DNA of 64,000 bases from a virus (IMGVR_UViG_3300010885_072628); one strand, 5' to 3'; shown: positions 8,604 to 19,304, counted from the stretch's first letter. Notes: generated by a model not told the origin, from the letters alone. A program made the numbers and translations.

Positions 8604-9569
8604 ATGGATATCAAACCACGGGTTTTGACCCCTGAAGAAAAAATTCTTGTAAAAGAAAGATTGCTTCAAGTCTCCCAAATTATCGAAAAGTGGACAAAGG
8701 AATATCCACAATTTTCAACAAAAGAGATAAAGTCGTTTTTTCTCAACAAGACTTTCCCTTTTCCAAAGAACTCAGACCTGCTTATCGACCAAAAAGTGTT
8801 TGAAAACTTCAGAGAAGAAAATCATCCGCATTTTGAAACAACTTTAGAAATGGTTGTTCTAGAGTCTTTTGCTCCAATCTGTTATAATATGTCTAAAAGT
8901 TGGTCCCGCCGAATATCCTCAGAATCTGATATCTCTCCTAGTGCCATTTTTCACGATGTGTTGCAAGATGCATTCATGTCTGTGTTGAATTCCATGTATT
9001 ATTACACAGATTCGAATTATAGTTTTTCGACTATAATTATTGAATCTTTAAAAAGACATATGGATAGAATGTACAGATACAATTATTGCAAAACCTCCCC
9101 TCGTTCTTTGGAAGATCACAAAACAGTTATTCAATACAACATATCGAAGATCAAAGAACCACATGTGACCTTTGATCAGATAGTTAAATCTATGGGTATT
9201 AGCGAAGATCAAACATCGAGACTTTGCGATGTTATTCGTTTTGTTTGTAGAGAGTCTAATGCTGATAGTAATAATTCTTTGAATCTGGGCAACATCATTG
9301 ATACTTCTTCTTCCCAACAAGAAGAGGTTGATTTCGTAGATTGTGTTTCTGTATTCAAGAAGGGACTAAGTTCTGCAGAACTTTCTTTGTTGGAATTGAC
9401 CTCGGAAGAAATTGAAATTTTTAAGATAGGAATTGATTGTGGATTCAGACGAGGATGGCAGTCTGATTGTGCAAAGGACAAATCTCTAAGCAGACAAAGA
9501 ATAGGACAGATCTATATTTCTGCTGTTGCCAAACTCAAGCCCTTGCTTATGAAGACGTTTTATGCCTAA
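8604..9569 (+). CDS. divergent sigma-70-like factor (candidate second phage sigma)
   Basis: YSFSTIIIESLKRHMDR resembles sigma r2.3/2.4 (FSTYA.WWIR). C-terminal LSRQRIGQIYISAVAKLK resembles a region-4 HTH (TRERIRQIE.KAL.KLR). Confidence 0.35.
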   Translation: MDIKPRVLTPEEKILVKERLLQVSQIIEKWTKEYPQFSTKEIKSFFLNKTFPFPKNSDLLIDQKVFENFREENHPHFETTLEMVVLESFAPICYNMSKSWSRRISSESDISPSAIFHDVLQDAFMSVLNSMYYYTDSNYSFSTIIIESLKRHMDRMYRYNYCKTSPRSLEDHKTVIQYNISKIKEPHVTFDQIVKSMGISEDQTSRLCDVIRFVCRESNADSNNSLNLGNIIDTSSSQQEEVDFVDCVSVFKKGLSSAELSLLELTSEEIEIFKIGIDCGFRRGWQSDCAKDKSLSRQRIGQIYISAVAKLKPLLMKTFYA

Positions 9570-9876
9570 AAAAACAACATTAGACTCGTTTGTTCTCAAT
9601 GTTTGTAAAAAAAGTTTATCTTTAAACCATTTTACATGCAATCAGATCGAAAATCTAGCTAAACGACCAGAAGTTGTTGGTGTAGACAGGCACAGCTTTA
9701 TCAACATTTGGCTGAGATACAATACAGATCCACCCAAACCTCCTTATGATTTTCTTTTTGAAACACAGGATGAGGCTGTTTCTTTTGCTAAAAAGGCAAA
9801 AGAAAAATATGATGTAAATTGTGAAATCGATATAGTTGACTTTCGTAAATGGAAATTGAAAAATGGAAAAAAATAA
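9562..9876 (+). CDS. hypothetical protein
   Basis: 104-aa ORF overlapping the previous stop. Confidence 0.3.
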   Translation: MPKKTTLDSFVLNVCKKSLSLNHFTCNQIENLAKRPEVVGVDRHSFINIWLRYNTDPPKPPYDFLFETQDEAVSFAKKAKEKYDVNCEIDIVDFRKWKLKNGKK

Positions 9877-10375
9877 TATTTGGAAAAAAAGAAGAGTGGA
9901 ATTTGCATCCTTGACAAGACAAGGCATGTCTATGACATGTATTGCTAAGATGCATGGAATAACAAAACAGGCTGTTTCTCTCGTGTTAAAAAAAGCTACT
10001 GCTGATGGCGAGATAGTGTTTAAAAACCGGAAAAATAAAAACGATAATCCAAACTATATTGTAAAAGTTTCAAGAAAATATATAACAAAAAAATGTAAAG
10101 AATGTCAGAAAGATTTTTTAGCAACACCTTCTAATAAAAGAAAGACTTGTAGCGAAGATTGTTTGCAAAAAAACAAACATAGAATGTACAACAGGGGAGG
10201 CGAATGGAGCAGGATGCAATTCGTATCTTTGACTTGTTGCGGTTGTGGCAAACCTTTTGAAAGATCGAATTATCTTATGAAAATGGGAGAGCCAAAAAGA
10301 AAAGATAATTCTAGATGTTATTGTTCTAGGGATTGTTATGTTGTTAATAACCTTCGTTTACGTTCAAAGAGTTAA
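9863..10375 (+). CDS. DNA-binding protein: N-terminal HTH plus C-terminal Cys-rich zinc ribbons
   Basis: HTH-like TRQGMSMTCIAKMHGITKQAVSLVLKK. Then CKECQ...CSEDC...CCGCGKPF...CYCSRDCY. Confidence 0.45.
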   Translation: MEKNNIWKKRRVEFASLTRQGMSMTCIAKMHGITKQAVSLVLKKATADGEIVFKNRKNKNDNPNYIVKVSRKYITKKCKECQKDFLATPSNKRKTCSEDCLQKNKHRMYNRGGEWSRMQFVSLTCCGCGKPFERSNYLMKMGEPKRKDNSRCYCSRDCYVVNNLRLRSKS

Positions 10376-10377
10376 AC

Positions 10378-10800
10378 ATGGAAAAAATATTGCATTATTC
10401 TAAAATGGGAATTAGGGCAATAGTTCCATTCAAAAAGAACAACAAATGGGTCTTCAAAAAAGATAATTTTGTATACGATCTTGCCCCAGCAGAAATCACA
10501 GAAGTCATACTGAATCCATTGGTTTCTGGAATAGATAAGATCATTTCTTTTGTTTGTAAAGAAAAAGATATAAAAGAAAATAGCTGTCTTTTATTGTTTT
10601 CAGAAAACTATTTTCCAAATGCTGATGCTAAGTTTGATTTTGTTGAACTTAAATACAACGGTTGGATCTATAATGTAGAAGGATTGAATTTAAAAGGATT
10701 TTTATCAGGACAGCGTGCTTGGTTTTGTTCTTATATGACTTTGTATTTCGATCCTCCTCCAAAAAACATTTATGTGAGGTTAGAAAATTATGAATCTTAA
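10378..10800 (+). CDS. hypothetical protein
   Basis: 140-aa ORF. Confidence 0.35.
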   Translation: MEKILHYSKMGIRAIVPFKKNNKWVFKKDNFVYDLAPAEITEVILNPLVSGIDKIISFVCKEKDIKENSCLLLFSENYFPNADAKFDFVELKYNGWIYNVEGLNLKGFLSGQRAWFCSYMTLYFDPPPKNIYVRLENYES

Positions 10801-11101
10801 ATTCATACATTTTATTTCGTTGTCTTTATTTGTTTTATTTTTAGCTATATTTCTTTTAGTTGTAAATGATTTTCAAGGATTTTTTATTTTTATTACATTC
10901 TTCTTATCATTCGCAATATGTACAGCAGTATCTTATAGAAGAGAAAAAAATGAAAAAAAGAAACAAGAGAAAATAAAACTTTTCAATTCTATATCTATTC
11001 CCAATATCACTACTACAAAAATTGGGAATTCTATGATCACCACATTAAGAGTTCCATCACCAGAGCTTTTCGAAGAGGTTAAAAAGCAAGCTTTTGATTG
11101 A
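10790..11101 (+). CDS. small membrane protein
   Basis: Two hydrophobic helices (FISLSLFVLFLAIFLLVV; FFIFITFFLSFAICTAV). Confidence 0.3.
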   Translation: MNLKFIHFISLSLFVLFLAIFLLVVNDFQGFFIFITFFLSFAICTAVSYRREKNEKKKQEKIKLFNSISIPNITTTKIGNSMITTLRVPSPELFEEVKKQAFD

Positions 11102-11135
11102 ATTTGTAAATTTCATATACAACAATATATATGAT

Positions 11136-11552
11136 ATGTATAAATTCACATTTTTATTGTTTATTTGTTTGCTTCCAATTTTAGGATGTAATCAAAAAAC
11201 AACTGGTTCTTTTGAACAAGAACTTCTACAACTTCACAATCAAGAAAGAGCCAAAAATCCTTTGATTTTAGATGCTCATCTTAGTGAATATGCCCAAAAT
11301 CACGCTGATTGGATGGCAAAAAGAGATAGATTAAGACATTCTAGCATGTCTGATCTTATCGAAGGCTACAGCCTAGTTGCAGAAAATATAGCTTTTGGGC
11401 AAGAAACTCCACAAGATGTAATGAATGCTTGGATGACTTCTAGTGGACATAGATCTAATATATTGAATAAAAACCTTTCCAATGTTGGTTTTGGCGTAAG
11501 CTATGATAGTAATAATGCACCATATTGGTGTGTATGTTTTGGTAAAAAATAA
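11136..11552 (+). CDS. CAP/SCP (PR-1-like) domain lipoprotein
   Basis: Lipobox LLPILGC after a signal peptide. CAP motifs HNQER...HADWMA...GENIAFG...GHRSNIL...YWCVCFG. ATG at 11136 (the track ORF starts at an upstream TTG). Confidence 0.65.
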   Translation: MYKFTFLLFICLLPILGCNQKTTGSFEQELLQLHNQERAKNPLILDAHLSEYAQNHADWMAKRDRLRHSSMSDLIEGYSLVAENIAFGQETPQDVMNAWMTSSGHRSNILNKNLSNVGFGVSYDSNNAPYWCVCFGKK

Positions 11553-11561
11553 TGGAGAAAA

Positions 11562-12626
11562 ATGCCTGATATAAAGATTAGCGAATTAACGCCCGGAGCA
11601 GCTTATGCAAACAGCTATGTTCCTGCTAGTGACGAAGCAGGAACAACAACTAGTAGGGTCAGTCTATTATCTATCGCACAATTAGCTCCATATTTAAAAG
11701 GAATAGGCGATTATAGTATAGTCGGAGGAAATTCTAATACTTCTAGTGGTAATTATTCTTCTATTTTAGGTGGTCAAAATAATAATGACGGCGGGTATAG
11801 CAATGTTTTTATTCTTGGTTCGAATATTACAGCAACATTGGCAAATTACACCTATATTAATAATTTAAAAATTGCATCTGATGGCGTCATTAGATTCGGA
11901 GACGGATCAGTACAAAATACAGCAGGCGGTGGCGGGCCATTCTCTTTTGGATCAGGAATATCCAGTTCAAATCCTAGTTCGAATAATTATGCATCTGGTA
12001 ACTACAGTGCTGTATTGGGTGGTTATGATAATTATGCAAAAAATGATTACTCTGTTGCTAGCGGCAAGCAATCTGTAGCTCGTCTTTATGGAGAACAATC
12101 CCACGCAGCAGGTAGCTTTTCTGTTGTTGGAGATGCACAAAAAAGTTCTTTTGTTTTAAGAGCTGTCACTACTGATGCGGCAACAACACAGCTATCGTTA
12201 AGTGGTGGTTCTGCGTATATCACAATGCCAGAAAACTCTGTCTGGACATTTACCGCTCGTATTAGTGCAATTAGAACTAGTGGTGGCATTCAAGATGCAG
12301 GGGCAGGATTTATTATACAGGGAGCTATAAGAAGCGATAATAGTTCAACGTACATCATAGGAAGCACAATAACAGAAAATTGGTCTGATCCTGAATTGGC
12401 TTCAACAACAGCGATTGTGTCTAATTTTAATAATTTATTTTACGTCACAGTCAAAGGATTAGTTGCCTATGAAATTAGATGGGTTTGCAATTTAGATGTA
12501 TGTCAAGTCAGCTACTTAAACCCAACCCCTACTCCAACCCCTACTCCAACCCCTACTCCAACCCCTACTCCAACCCCTACTCCAACTCCAACCCCAACCC
12601 CTACTCCAACCCCTACTCCAACTTAG
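11562..12626 (+). CDS. tail fibre / collar fibre protein with a C-terminal (TPTP)n linker
   Basis: N-terminal MPDIKISELTP...LLSIAQLAPY typical of phage fibre N-termini. Gly/Ser/Asn-rich beta-helix-like repeats. 50-aa PTPT tract at the C-terminus. Confidence 0.5.
   Translation: MPDIKISELTPGAAYANSYVPASDEAGTTTSRVSLLSIAQLAPYLKGIGDYSIVGGNSNTSSGNYSSILGGQNNNDGGYSNVFILGSNITATLANYTYINNLKIASDGVIRFGDGSVQNTAGGGGPFSFGSGISSSNPSSNNYASGNYSAVLGGYDNYAKNDYSVASGKQSVARLYGEQSHAAGSFSVVGDAQKSSFVLRAVTTDAATTQLSLSGGSAYITMPENSVWTFTARISAIRTSGGIQDAGAGFIIQGAIRSDNSSTYIIGSTITENWSDPELASTTAIVSNFNNLFYVTVKGLVAYEIRWVCNLDVCQVSYLNPTPTPTPTPTPTPTPTPTPTPTPTPTPTPTPTPT
12521..12623 (+). repeat. tandem 12-bp repeat (ccaacccctact)n encoding (PT)n
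   Basis: About 8.5 units read directly. Confidence 0.8.
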
Positions 12627-13258
12627 CTGTAGAGATTGTATTTGAAATGAAATACTCCTATATGGGATATCTCTTTGCTTAGGTTATTGTCACAGACTAT
12701 TTCGTAGTTTTTTGCTCTAGCATTTTGACAAAAATAAATATCCTCTCCTATTTCTAACTTTTTATTTTTATCATAATCTATAATGTAATAAGGGGAGCCA
12801 ACATCTTCGTACACCTTTCTACTAACAAGCAAACAACCATGCCCCATAATATCAACTAATTCTGTTGGCGGACTATCATCATTTAGCTCTACACAAACCC
12901 CCTCATCTATAACGCTTTTTTCTTTACTAGCAGCACGATGAGATGTGAAAATTGGGTTTGGGAATCTTCTTTTTCTATAATTACACCCTATAATAGGAAC
13001 TTTATGTTCTAAAAGTCTAACACAAGCATCAGCGGGAAACTTCATATCAGAATCAACCCACCAAATATATTCATAATCAGTACTTAAAAAGTATTCTACT
13101 AATTCTCGTCTATTTTTTGCTAGATAAGAGCTTATATTAAAAGCTACATTCACAGTATGCTCAGCAGCCACTAAATTAGCGGTAGCCATACTCAAACTTT
13201 GACAAAATTCAGCAGCAACTTGTTCTGTTGATGGGACGCATATTAGGATTTTACTCAT
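12623..13258 (-). CDS. putative glycosyltransferase
   Basis: Nucleotide-sugar transferase-like IWWVDSDMKF DxD-type motif. Confidence 0.35.
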   Translation of the reverse strand: MSKILICVPSTEQVAAEFCQSLSMATANLVAAEHTVNVAFNISSYLAKNRRELVEYFLSTDYEYIWWVDSDMKFPADACVRLLEHKVPIIGCNYRKRRFPNPIFTSHRAASKEKSVIDEGVCVELNDDSPPTELVDIMGHGCLLVSRKVYEDVGSPYYIIDYDKNKKLEIGEDIYFCQNARAKNYEIVCDNNLSKEISHIGVFHFKYNLYS

Positions 13259-13266
13259 ATAATAAA

Positions 13267-13974
13267 TTAGTAATTATTTTTTAATTCAATTACATCAGAA
13301 AAATTATACAAAAATTTACAATTTGTGAATTTTTTATTTGGATTAAATATCTTATTTGATAAGTTTTTATTCATTTTTTGTTTGTTTTTATCATTCATTT
13401 CTTTCCAACTTAGATCTGAATTCATATTTTTTATAGTTTCTTCTTTTGAGTTTAATATAGGAAGTAATTCACAATCTATATGAGAAAATTTATATCCTAA
13501 TAATTCGCATCTTTTCACGAAATCTGTGTCGTGGCATCCAGCAGGTAAAAAGGATTCATCGTAACCTCCAACTTCTTTAAAAACATCTTTTGAACAGCCT
13601 ATTCTTCCGTATACTCCTTTTCTGAATATATTGCACCAAATACCATCGGGATTATATTTTTTTATATTTTCTATAGAATTTGATACGAAGTTGTCAACAT
13701 CTAGATTGAAAAAATAATCTCCAGAACTTAATCTAGCAGCGAAATTTTTAGCTATTGGAATAGAATATTCGTTATAATCCAATGTTTGGTAATAATGTAT
13801 TCTTTCTAATTTAATGTTATTCATCATAAAATCAGACATTCCATCATCTGATCCGCAATCGACAATAATCCATTCGATATTTTTATTTTGATTTATTTGC
13901 AAAAAATTGTGTTCAAATGTTTGTTTGAATTGAAAAAATCTGTTCTTAATTTGAGAGCAATAGGATATTTTCAT
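13267..13974 (-). CDS. glycosyltransferase family 2
   Basis: WIIVDCGSDDGMSDF (GT2 hhhhDDgStD) and FNLDVDNF. Confidence 0.5.
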   Translation of the reverse strand: MKISYCSQIKNRFFQFKQTFEHNFLQINQNKNIEWIIVDCGSDDGMSDFMMNNIKLERIHYYQTLDYNEYSIPIAKNFAARLSSGDYFFNLDVDNFVSNSIENIKKYNPDGIWCNIFRKGVYGRIGCSKDVFKEVGGYDESFLPAGCHDTDFVKRCELLGYKFSHIDCELLPILNSKEETIKNMNSDLSWKEMNDKNKQKMNKNLSNKIFNPNKKFTNCKFLYNFSDVIELKNNY

Positions 13975-13978
13975 TTTT

Positions 13979-14905
13979 TCAAGTGAAGTATAAAACTACT
14001 CCTCCTGGTTTTCCATCGGTTGCCCCTGCGTAAGTTCCTTCCCCCCCACTTCCAGTAGTTGTCTCATCCATAGTACTGCCACTCAAAAATACAGCAGCAT
14101 TTCTGCCTTGAAAATCAACTGTTGCAGCAGGAGTGCCTGTGCAAGAGGCTCCTGTCCAATTAGATTTGTAAAAAGTGCGGTTACAATTGCCATTAAGACC
14201 GATAGATAGCAGGGGAGCGTTTGTGGGATTTTTCCATGATATCCCTGCTCCACCAGTAATTGTAATTCCAGAATATGTAACGCTACTAATCGTTCCATCA
14301 GTGCTATGAGGTGGGGGAAATCGTACTCCCGCAATCCCTTTAGATCCAACAGTATAAGATACAGTGTTTCCGCCGGTAACGGTATACTCTCTTACCGCTT
14401 CGCCTCCATTATTTCCGTTGCCGTATTGACCGCATGACTCGTTTTCTGTACCACCTGCTTCTCCACCTCCACCTCCACCTATGACCCATGCCTTCATCTT
14501 TGTGGCTCCCGTGGGCACAGTATATGTGCTTGTGACTGGAGTTTTGAACACAACTGCAAATGGCGTGTAAGGAGTAGCTGTTGGAGTAGCTGTTGGAGTA
14601 GCTGTTGGAGTAGCTGTTGGTGTAGCTGTTGGTACAGTAGTTGGTGTAGCTGTTGGTACAGGAGTTGGTGTAGCTGTTGGTACAGGAGTTGGTGTAGCTG
14701 TTGGTACAGGAGTTGGTGTAGCTGTTGGAGTAGCTGTTGGAGTAGCTGTTGGAGTAGCTGTTGGAGTAGCTGTTGGAGTAGCTGTTGGAGTAGCTGTTGG
14801 AGTAGCTGTTGGATCGTATAAAGATGAATTTAATATCAAAAAAGAGTCTCCATTATGTACTACTTTAAAATCATTTGATATTTTTGATATTTTAAAATTA
14901 GGCAT
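13979..14905 (-). CDS. structural (fibre-like) protein with an (ATPT/PVPT)n linker and a Gly-rich C-terminal domain
   Basis: About 22 TATP/TPVP repeats, then [26 protein letters not shown]. Confidence 0.45.
   Translation of the reverse strand: MPNFKISKISNDFKVVHNGDSFLILNSSLYDPTATPTATPTATPTATPTATPTATPTATPTATPTPVPTATPTPVPTATPTPVPTATPTTVPTATPTATPTATPTATPTATPYTPFAVVFKTPVTSTYTVPTGATKMKAWVIGGGGGGEAGGTENESCGQYGNGNNGGEAVREYTVTGGNTVSYTVGSKGIAGVRFPPPHSTDGTISSVTYSGITITGGAGISWKNPTNAPLLSIGLNGNCNRTFYKSNWTGASCTGTPAATVDFQGRNAAVFLSGSTMDETTTGSGGEGTYAGATDGKPGGVVLYFT
14571..14814 (-). repeat. tandem 12-bp repeat (gtagctgttgga)n, antisense of the (TATP)n coding sequence
   Basis: About 20 units with gtacaggagttggt variants. 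Confidence 0.8.
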
Positions 14906-15020
14906 AATATCGACTCTTTTACAACGAATAGTTTTTAATATCTATAGTTGCGGCATGGATTATTAATAGCAAATTACTAGATATTGTTGTCAAACAATAA
15001 TCTAGATTTAGGAACAGAAA

Positions 15021-18000
15021 ATGTCAAACGAACTTAATGTTGGCGAAAATTCATTAAAATCAAACAATATAGTTGAGTTTACTGGTAATATAGCATCTAC
15101 CAATACAACAACTGGCACTTTAGTGGTCACCGGTGGCGTTGGACTAAGTGGAAACCTCACATCTAATAGCATCGTAGTATCCGGATCTATCAATGCAACA
15201 TCTACTGGCACAGGAGCAATTGTAATATCAAATGGTGGAATAGGAGTTAGTGGTAGCCTTTATGCTGATAAAGGAGTTTTAACAGGAAGCGTAGATTCAA
15301 CATCCACAACAACAGGAACCCTTGTGGTCTCAGGAGGAATTGGAGCAAATAATATTTTTGTCGGTCAGTCTGATTCTGGGAACATCAGAATAACTTCTAA
15401 TACAATCAGCTCTACAAACACAGATGGAGATATAAACTTAACTCCTGATGGTCTAGGCAAAGCAAAAATAAACAATGAAGAAATAGCAGTTAAGTCTTAT
15501 GTGGACTCGGTAGCCATAGGTTTAAATTTTCATCCATCATGTGCAGTTGCAACAACAGATGCTATAGCAGCCGTGTATTACAACGGACCAAGCAACGATG
15601 GTGTTTTGGCCACTTTAACTTTAGGGCCGCCTTTAACAACTCTAGACAATTATTCATTACAAAACAATGACCGTATTATGGTCAAAAACCAAGCAACTTC
15701 AGCACATAATGGGATATACACATGGGCAACAGGCGGAACCGTACTCACTAGATCTTACGATGCAAATACTGTATCTTTTTTGCATGGAGGAGATTATGTT
15801 TTTATTGAAAAAGGAGATTTGTACGGTAAAACTGCTTGGATACAAACTAACAATGTTACTATCATGGGCGTCTCTGATATACTATGGAGACAATTCTCTG
15901 GAGCTGGAACGTATACTGCCTTAAATGGTTTATCTTTAGATGGCAACGCTTTTAGTGCTAATCTCAAATCAAATGGCGGCGTAACAATTGAGTCTGGTAA
16001 ATTAGCTGTTAATTTAAGTGCTTCTAATATCACCGGAACTTTAAATGTTGCTGATGGAGGAACAGGAGCTACATCTTTAACTGGATATGTAAAAGGGCAT
16101 GGAAGCGGAGCATTTACAGCAAGCTCCACAATACCTGCCACAGATATATCAGGAAGCATAAACAACGTAGCAGTAGGTTTTTCAGGGCCTGATACTGGTA
16201 GTTTCACAACACTTTCGGCTAATTCCAATGTGATTTTTAGTGCAAATCTAGCATCCGTTGGCACTCAAAGTGGCACCTTAGTGGTGACAGGCGGTGTAGG
16301 AGTTAGCGGAACAATCAACGCTGCAACGGCCACATTCAACAACCCTCTGGGTGTTTCTAGCGGCGGCACAGGAGCTTCATCTTTAACGGGTTATATCATT
16401 GGCAACGGAACTGGTGCAATGACCGCTACTGCATCGCTAATAGGCGGATATATAACTGGAAATATAGACAATGTGCCAATAGGAGTTAACGTTAGAGCGG
16501 CTGGTAATTTTACAAGAATATCTGCTAATGCAAATGTTTTGTCTACAAACACATCCACTGGCACATTGATTGTAACAGGAGACATAAGAAACAACGGGAC
16601 AATATACGCCACCAGTGCAATTTTATCAAATGCTTTAGGTGCTACCAGTGGAGGCACTGGAGTAAGCTCTTATGCAATAGGCGATATTTTATATTCTTCT
16701 TCACTTAACACATTATCTAAACTTTCTGGGAACACTACAAGCACTAAAAAGTTTCTAACACAGACAGGAACAGGTTCTGCTAGTGCTGCTCCAAGTTGGG
16801 CAACAATATCGGCATCAGATATCAGCGGATTAGCTGGAGCGATTGACTCTGGTATTCCCGAATTCTCTCCTGGCAATGGTATATCTTTAAATTATACTAC
16901 ATCTACAAATATATTGTTAATTACAAATACAATAGGGGCTCCAAATAGTGTGGCGATCACAGGCGGATCAATAAATGGAACCACTATAGGTGCATCCACT
17001 AGATCAACAGGTGCTTTCACAACCATAACAGCAAATGCGGGTACCTCTTCAACAAGCACTGGGACCGGAACTTTGGTTGTAACAGGAGGTGTGGGAATTA
17101 GTGGAGCATTGTATGCCAATAGTGGTAACTTTAGCAACCCAGTTACTGTTTCTAATGGTGGAACAGGGGCTTCGACCTTGACAGGATATGTCAAAGGAAG
17201 TGGAACCAGTGTTATGACAGCTAGTCCTACAGTCCCTGTGGCCGATATAACAGGGTTCGGCACCAGCTTAACAAATGGAAGCGGAATTATATTTTCTTAC
17301 AATACAGGAACAGACACCCTTTCTATATTAAATGATTTAGGGCCTAAAAGTGCCGTGACAATCACGGGCGGATCTATAACTGGAACAACTATTTCTGGAT
17401 CTACAGGTTCTTTTACTACTTTGGCTGCTAGTGGAGTAGTAACATTAACATCTACTGCAACTTCAACTAACACTACAACAGGAGCATTAGTTGTAACTGG
17501 TGGCGTTGGAATTGCAGGAGCCGTGAATATAGGTGGAGTCACAACATTAACATCTACTGCAACTTCCACTAACACTACAACAGGATCTATAGTTGTTAGT
17601 GGTGGCGTCGGAATTGCAGGAGCCGCAAATATAGGCGGAATAACAAAGGTAACATCTACTGCAACTTCAACCAACACTACAACGGGAGCATTAGTTGTAA
17701 CTGGTGGCGTTGGAATTGGCGAAAACTTAAATGTTAGTGGAATAACGAAAATAACATCCACAGCGACTTCGACTAGCACCGCAACAGGAGCTATAGTTGT
17801 TAGTGGTGGATTGGGAGTAGGAGGAGCAATATATGCAGGCTCTATCAATACAAGTTCTATAACTAGTTCTGTAACTATGAGTGCTGGAATAACCTCAACC
17901 AGCACTGCAACTGGCACTTTGATTGTAACAGGCGGCGTGGGAGTCAGTGGTTCTATTTATACATCTTCAATTAAGCTGAGTGGAGCAACAAGCGGAACAA

Positions 18001-18878
18001 TCAGTTTGGCAGCACCAAGCACGGTTAGTTCTGTGAATTACACGCTCCCAGCAGATGGAACTTCTGGTCAATATTTAAAGACAAATGGAAGTGGTGTTTT
18101 ATCTTGGGGGACTGTGTCGTCTGGTTATGACGGATCTAATGTAGCAATTTCTGGCGGTTCTATAAACGGAACAACCATAGGCTCTTCGACAAGAGCAACG
18201 GGAAGTTTCACCACTTTAAGTGCAAATGGCCAAGCAACTTTTAGTTCTGGTGCGAGTTCTACATCCACCACAACAGGAGCGTTAGTTGTTAGTGGTGGAG
18301 TAGGAATTAGTGGAAAATTATATGTAGGAGATGTCTCCTCTTCTATATCGACTACAACAGGAGCATTAATTGTTAGTGGTGGTATTGGAGTAGGAGGAAA
18401 CATACACGGTACAACTGCTACATTAGCATCCAATACAGTTTCCACATCAACAACAACAGGAGCTTTAATAGTAGGAGGCGGAGTTGGAGTTGTTGGTGAT
18501 ATGAATATAGGAGGAGCAGTAAAAGTAGGTGGGTATCCCGCTTTTATGTGCAGAGCTTGGATCAATTTTAACAGTAAGAGCTCTCAGATTTTCGCAAGTG
18601 CGAATATAAGCAGTATTACAAAAAATGGAACAGGAGATTTCACGATTAATTTTACAAACGCTATGCCTGATATATATTATTGTATGTCTGGAAATGGCGG
18701 TGGCGGCATTGGACCCTTCGATAGCCCAGTTATTGGACAGGCCATATTGCCTACAACCACTAGTACAAGGATTTATATATCTAGTCCAAGTTCCAATATC
18801 GCTGCTTATTATGTCGGTGGTTCGGGGTTTAATTCTGGAACTGATTATGGAATTATAAGCTTGGCATTTTTTAGATAG
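15021..18878 (+). CDS. giant tail-fibre protein (1285 aa) with many iterated TTGTLVVTGGVG(I/V)SG and SNGGTGASTLTGYVKGSG repeats
   Basis: Highly repetitive Gly/Thr/Ser-rich beta-structure repeats. Distinct C-terminal domain, a possible receptor-binding region. Confidence 0.6.
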   Translation: MSNELNVGENSLKSNNIVEFTGNIASTNTTTGTLVVTGGVGLSGNLTSNSIVVSGSINATSTGTGAIVISNGGIGVSGSLYADKGVLTGSVDSTSTTTGTLVVSGGIGANNIFVGQSDSGNIRITSNTISSTNTDGDINLTPDGLGKAKINNEEIAVKSYVDSVAIGLNFHPSCAVATTDAIAAVYYNGPSNDGVLATLTLGPPLTTLDNYSLQNNDRIMVKNQATSAHNGIYTWATGGTVLTRSYDANTVSFLHGGDYVFIEKGDLYGKTAWIQTNNVTIMGVSDILWRQFSGAGTYTALNGLSLDGNAFSANLKSNGGVTIESGKLAVNLSASNITGTLNVADGGTGATSLTGYVKGHGSGAFTASSTIPATDISGSINNVAVGFSGPDTGSFTTLSANSNVIFSANLASVGTQSGTLVVTGGVGVSGTINAATATFNNPLGVSSGGTGASSLTGYIIGNGTGAMTATASLIGGYITGNIDNVPIGVNVRAAGNFTRISANANVLSTNTSTGTLIVTGDIRNNGTIYATSAILSNALGATSGGTGVSSYAIGDILYSSSLNTLSKLSGNTTSTKKFLTQTGTGSASAAPSWATISASDISGLAGAIDSGIPEFSPGNGISLNYTTSTNILLITNTIGAPNSVAITGGSINGTTIGASTRSTGAFTTITANAGTSSTSTGTGTLVVTGGVGISGALYANSGNFSNPVTVSNGGTGASTLTGYVKGSGTSVMTASPTVPVADITGFGTSLTNGSGIIFSYNTGTDTLSILNDLGPKSAVTITGGSITGTTISGSTGSFTTLAASGVVTLTSTATSTNTTTGALVVTGGVGIAGAVNIGGVTTLTSTATSTNTTTGSIVVSGGVGIAGAANIGGITKVTSTATSTNTTTGALVVTGGVGIGENLNVSGITKITSTATSTSTATGAIVVSGGLGVGGAIYAGSINTSSITSSVTMSAGITSTSTATGTLIVTGGVGVSGSIYTSSIKLSGATSGTISLAAPSTVSSVNYTLPADGTSGQYLKTNGSGVLSWGTVSSGYDGSNVAISGGSINGTTIGSSTRATGSFTTLSANGQATFSSGASSTSTTTGALVVSGGVGISGKLYVGDVSSSISTTTGALIVSGGIGVGGNIHGTTATLASNTVSTSTTTGALIVGGGVGVVGDMNIGGAVKVGGYPAFMCRAWINFNSKSSQIFASANISSITKNGTGDFTINFTNAMPDIYYCMSGNGGGGIGPFDSPVIGQAILPTTTSTRIYISSPSSNIAAYYVGGSGFNSGTDYGIISLAFFR

Positions 18879-18882
18879 AAAG

Positions 18883-19137
18883 GTGAAAATGAGAATAATT
18901 TATCTAAATGGCGAGGGCGTTTCTTTAATTACGCCTTCTTTAAATTGTGGTTTAAACATAAGAAATATAGCGGAAAAAGACACACCAGTAGGTCTGCCAT
19001 ATTTTTTCGTTGATGAAAAAGATATTCCAACAGACAAACATGTTAAATCTGCTTGGCGTGTAGATTTTGCTCGTCCTGATGGATTTGGAATCGGTGCAGA
19101 TGCTTGGCTTGAAAAACAAAAACAAAAGATCAAGTGA
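18883..19137 (+). CDS. hypothetical protein (possible fibre chaperone/assembly partner)
   Basis: 84-aa ORF immediately after the fibre gene with a 4-nt gap. Confidence 0.3.
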   Translation: MKMRIIYLNGEGVSLITPSLNCGLNIRNIAEKDTPVGLPYFFVDEKDIPTDKHVKSAWRVDFARPDGFGIGADAWLEKQKQKIK

Positions 19138-19304
19138 AATATCTAGTCTTTTTTTGATTCTTCCCAAGATTCTAATTTGCGTTTAGTGAAAAATGATGCA
19201 CATGCATAAATTACTCCACCGATAGCAGATTGAATTATCCATGCAAACAAAGAAATTGATACCAATGTGGTTACAATAAAATTTTTTTTCATAACATATA
19301 TATC

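Noticed and set aside
12521-14814. Possible CRISPR array suggested by short tandem repeats
   Set aside because: The repeats are contiguous 12-bp units without unique spacers, and are in-frame coding sequence for TP-rich linkers.
15794-18565. Minus-strand ORFs inside the giant fibre gene (15794..16264, 16391..16657, 16670..16876, 16892..17263, 17297..17917, 18125..18565)
   Set aside because: They are antisense shadows of a Gly/Thr/Ser-rich repetitive coding sequence. They yield low-complexity Pro/Val/Ala-rich products, have no starts with an RBS, and the + strand ORF is continuous for 1285 aa.
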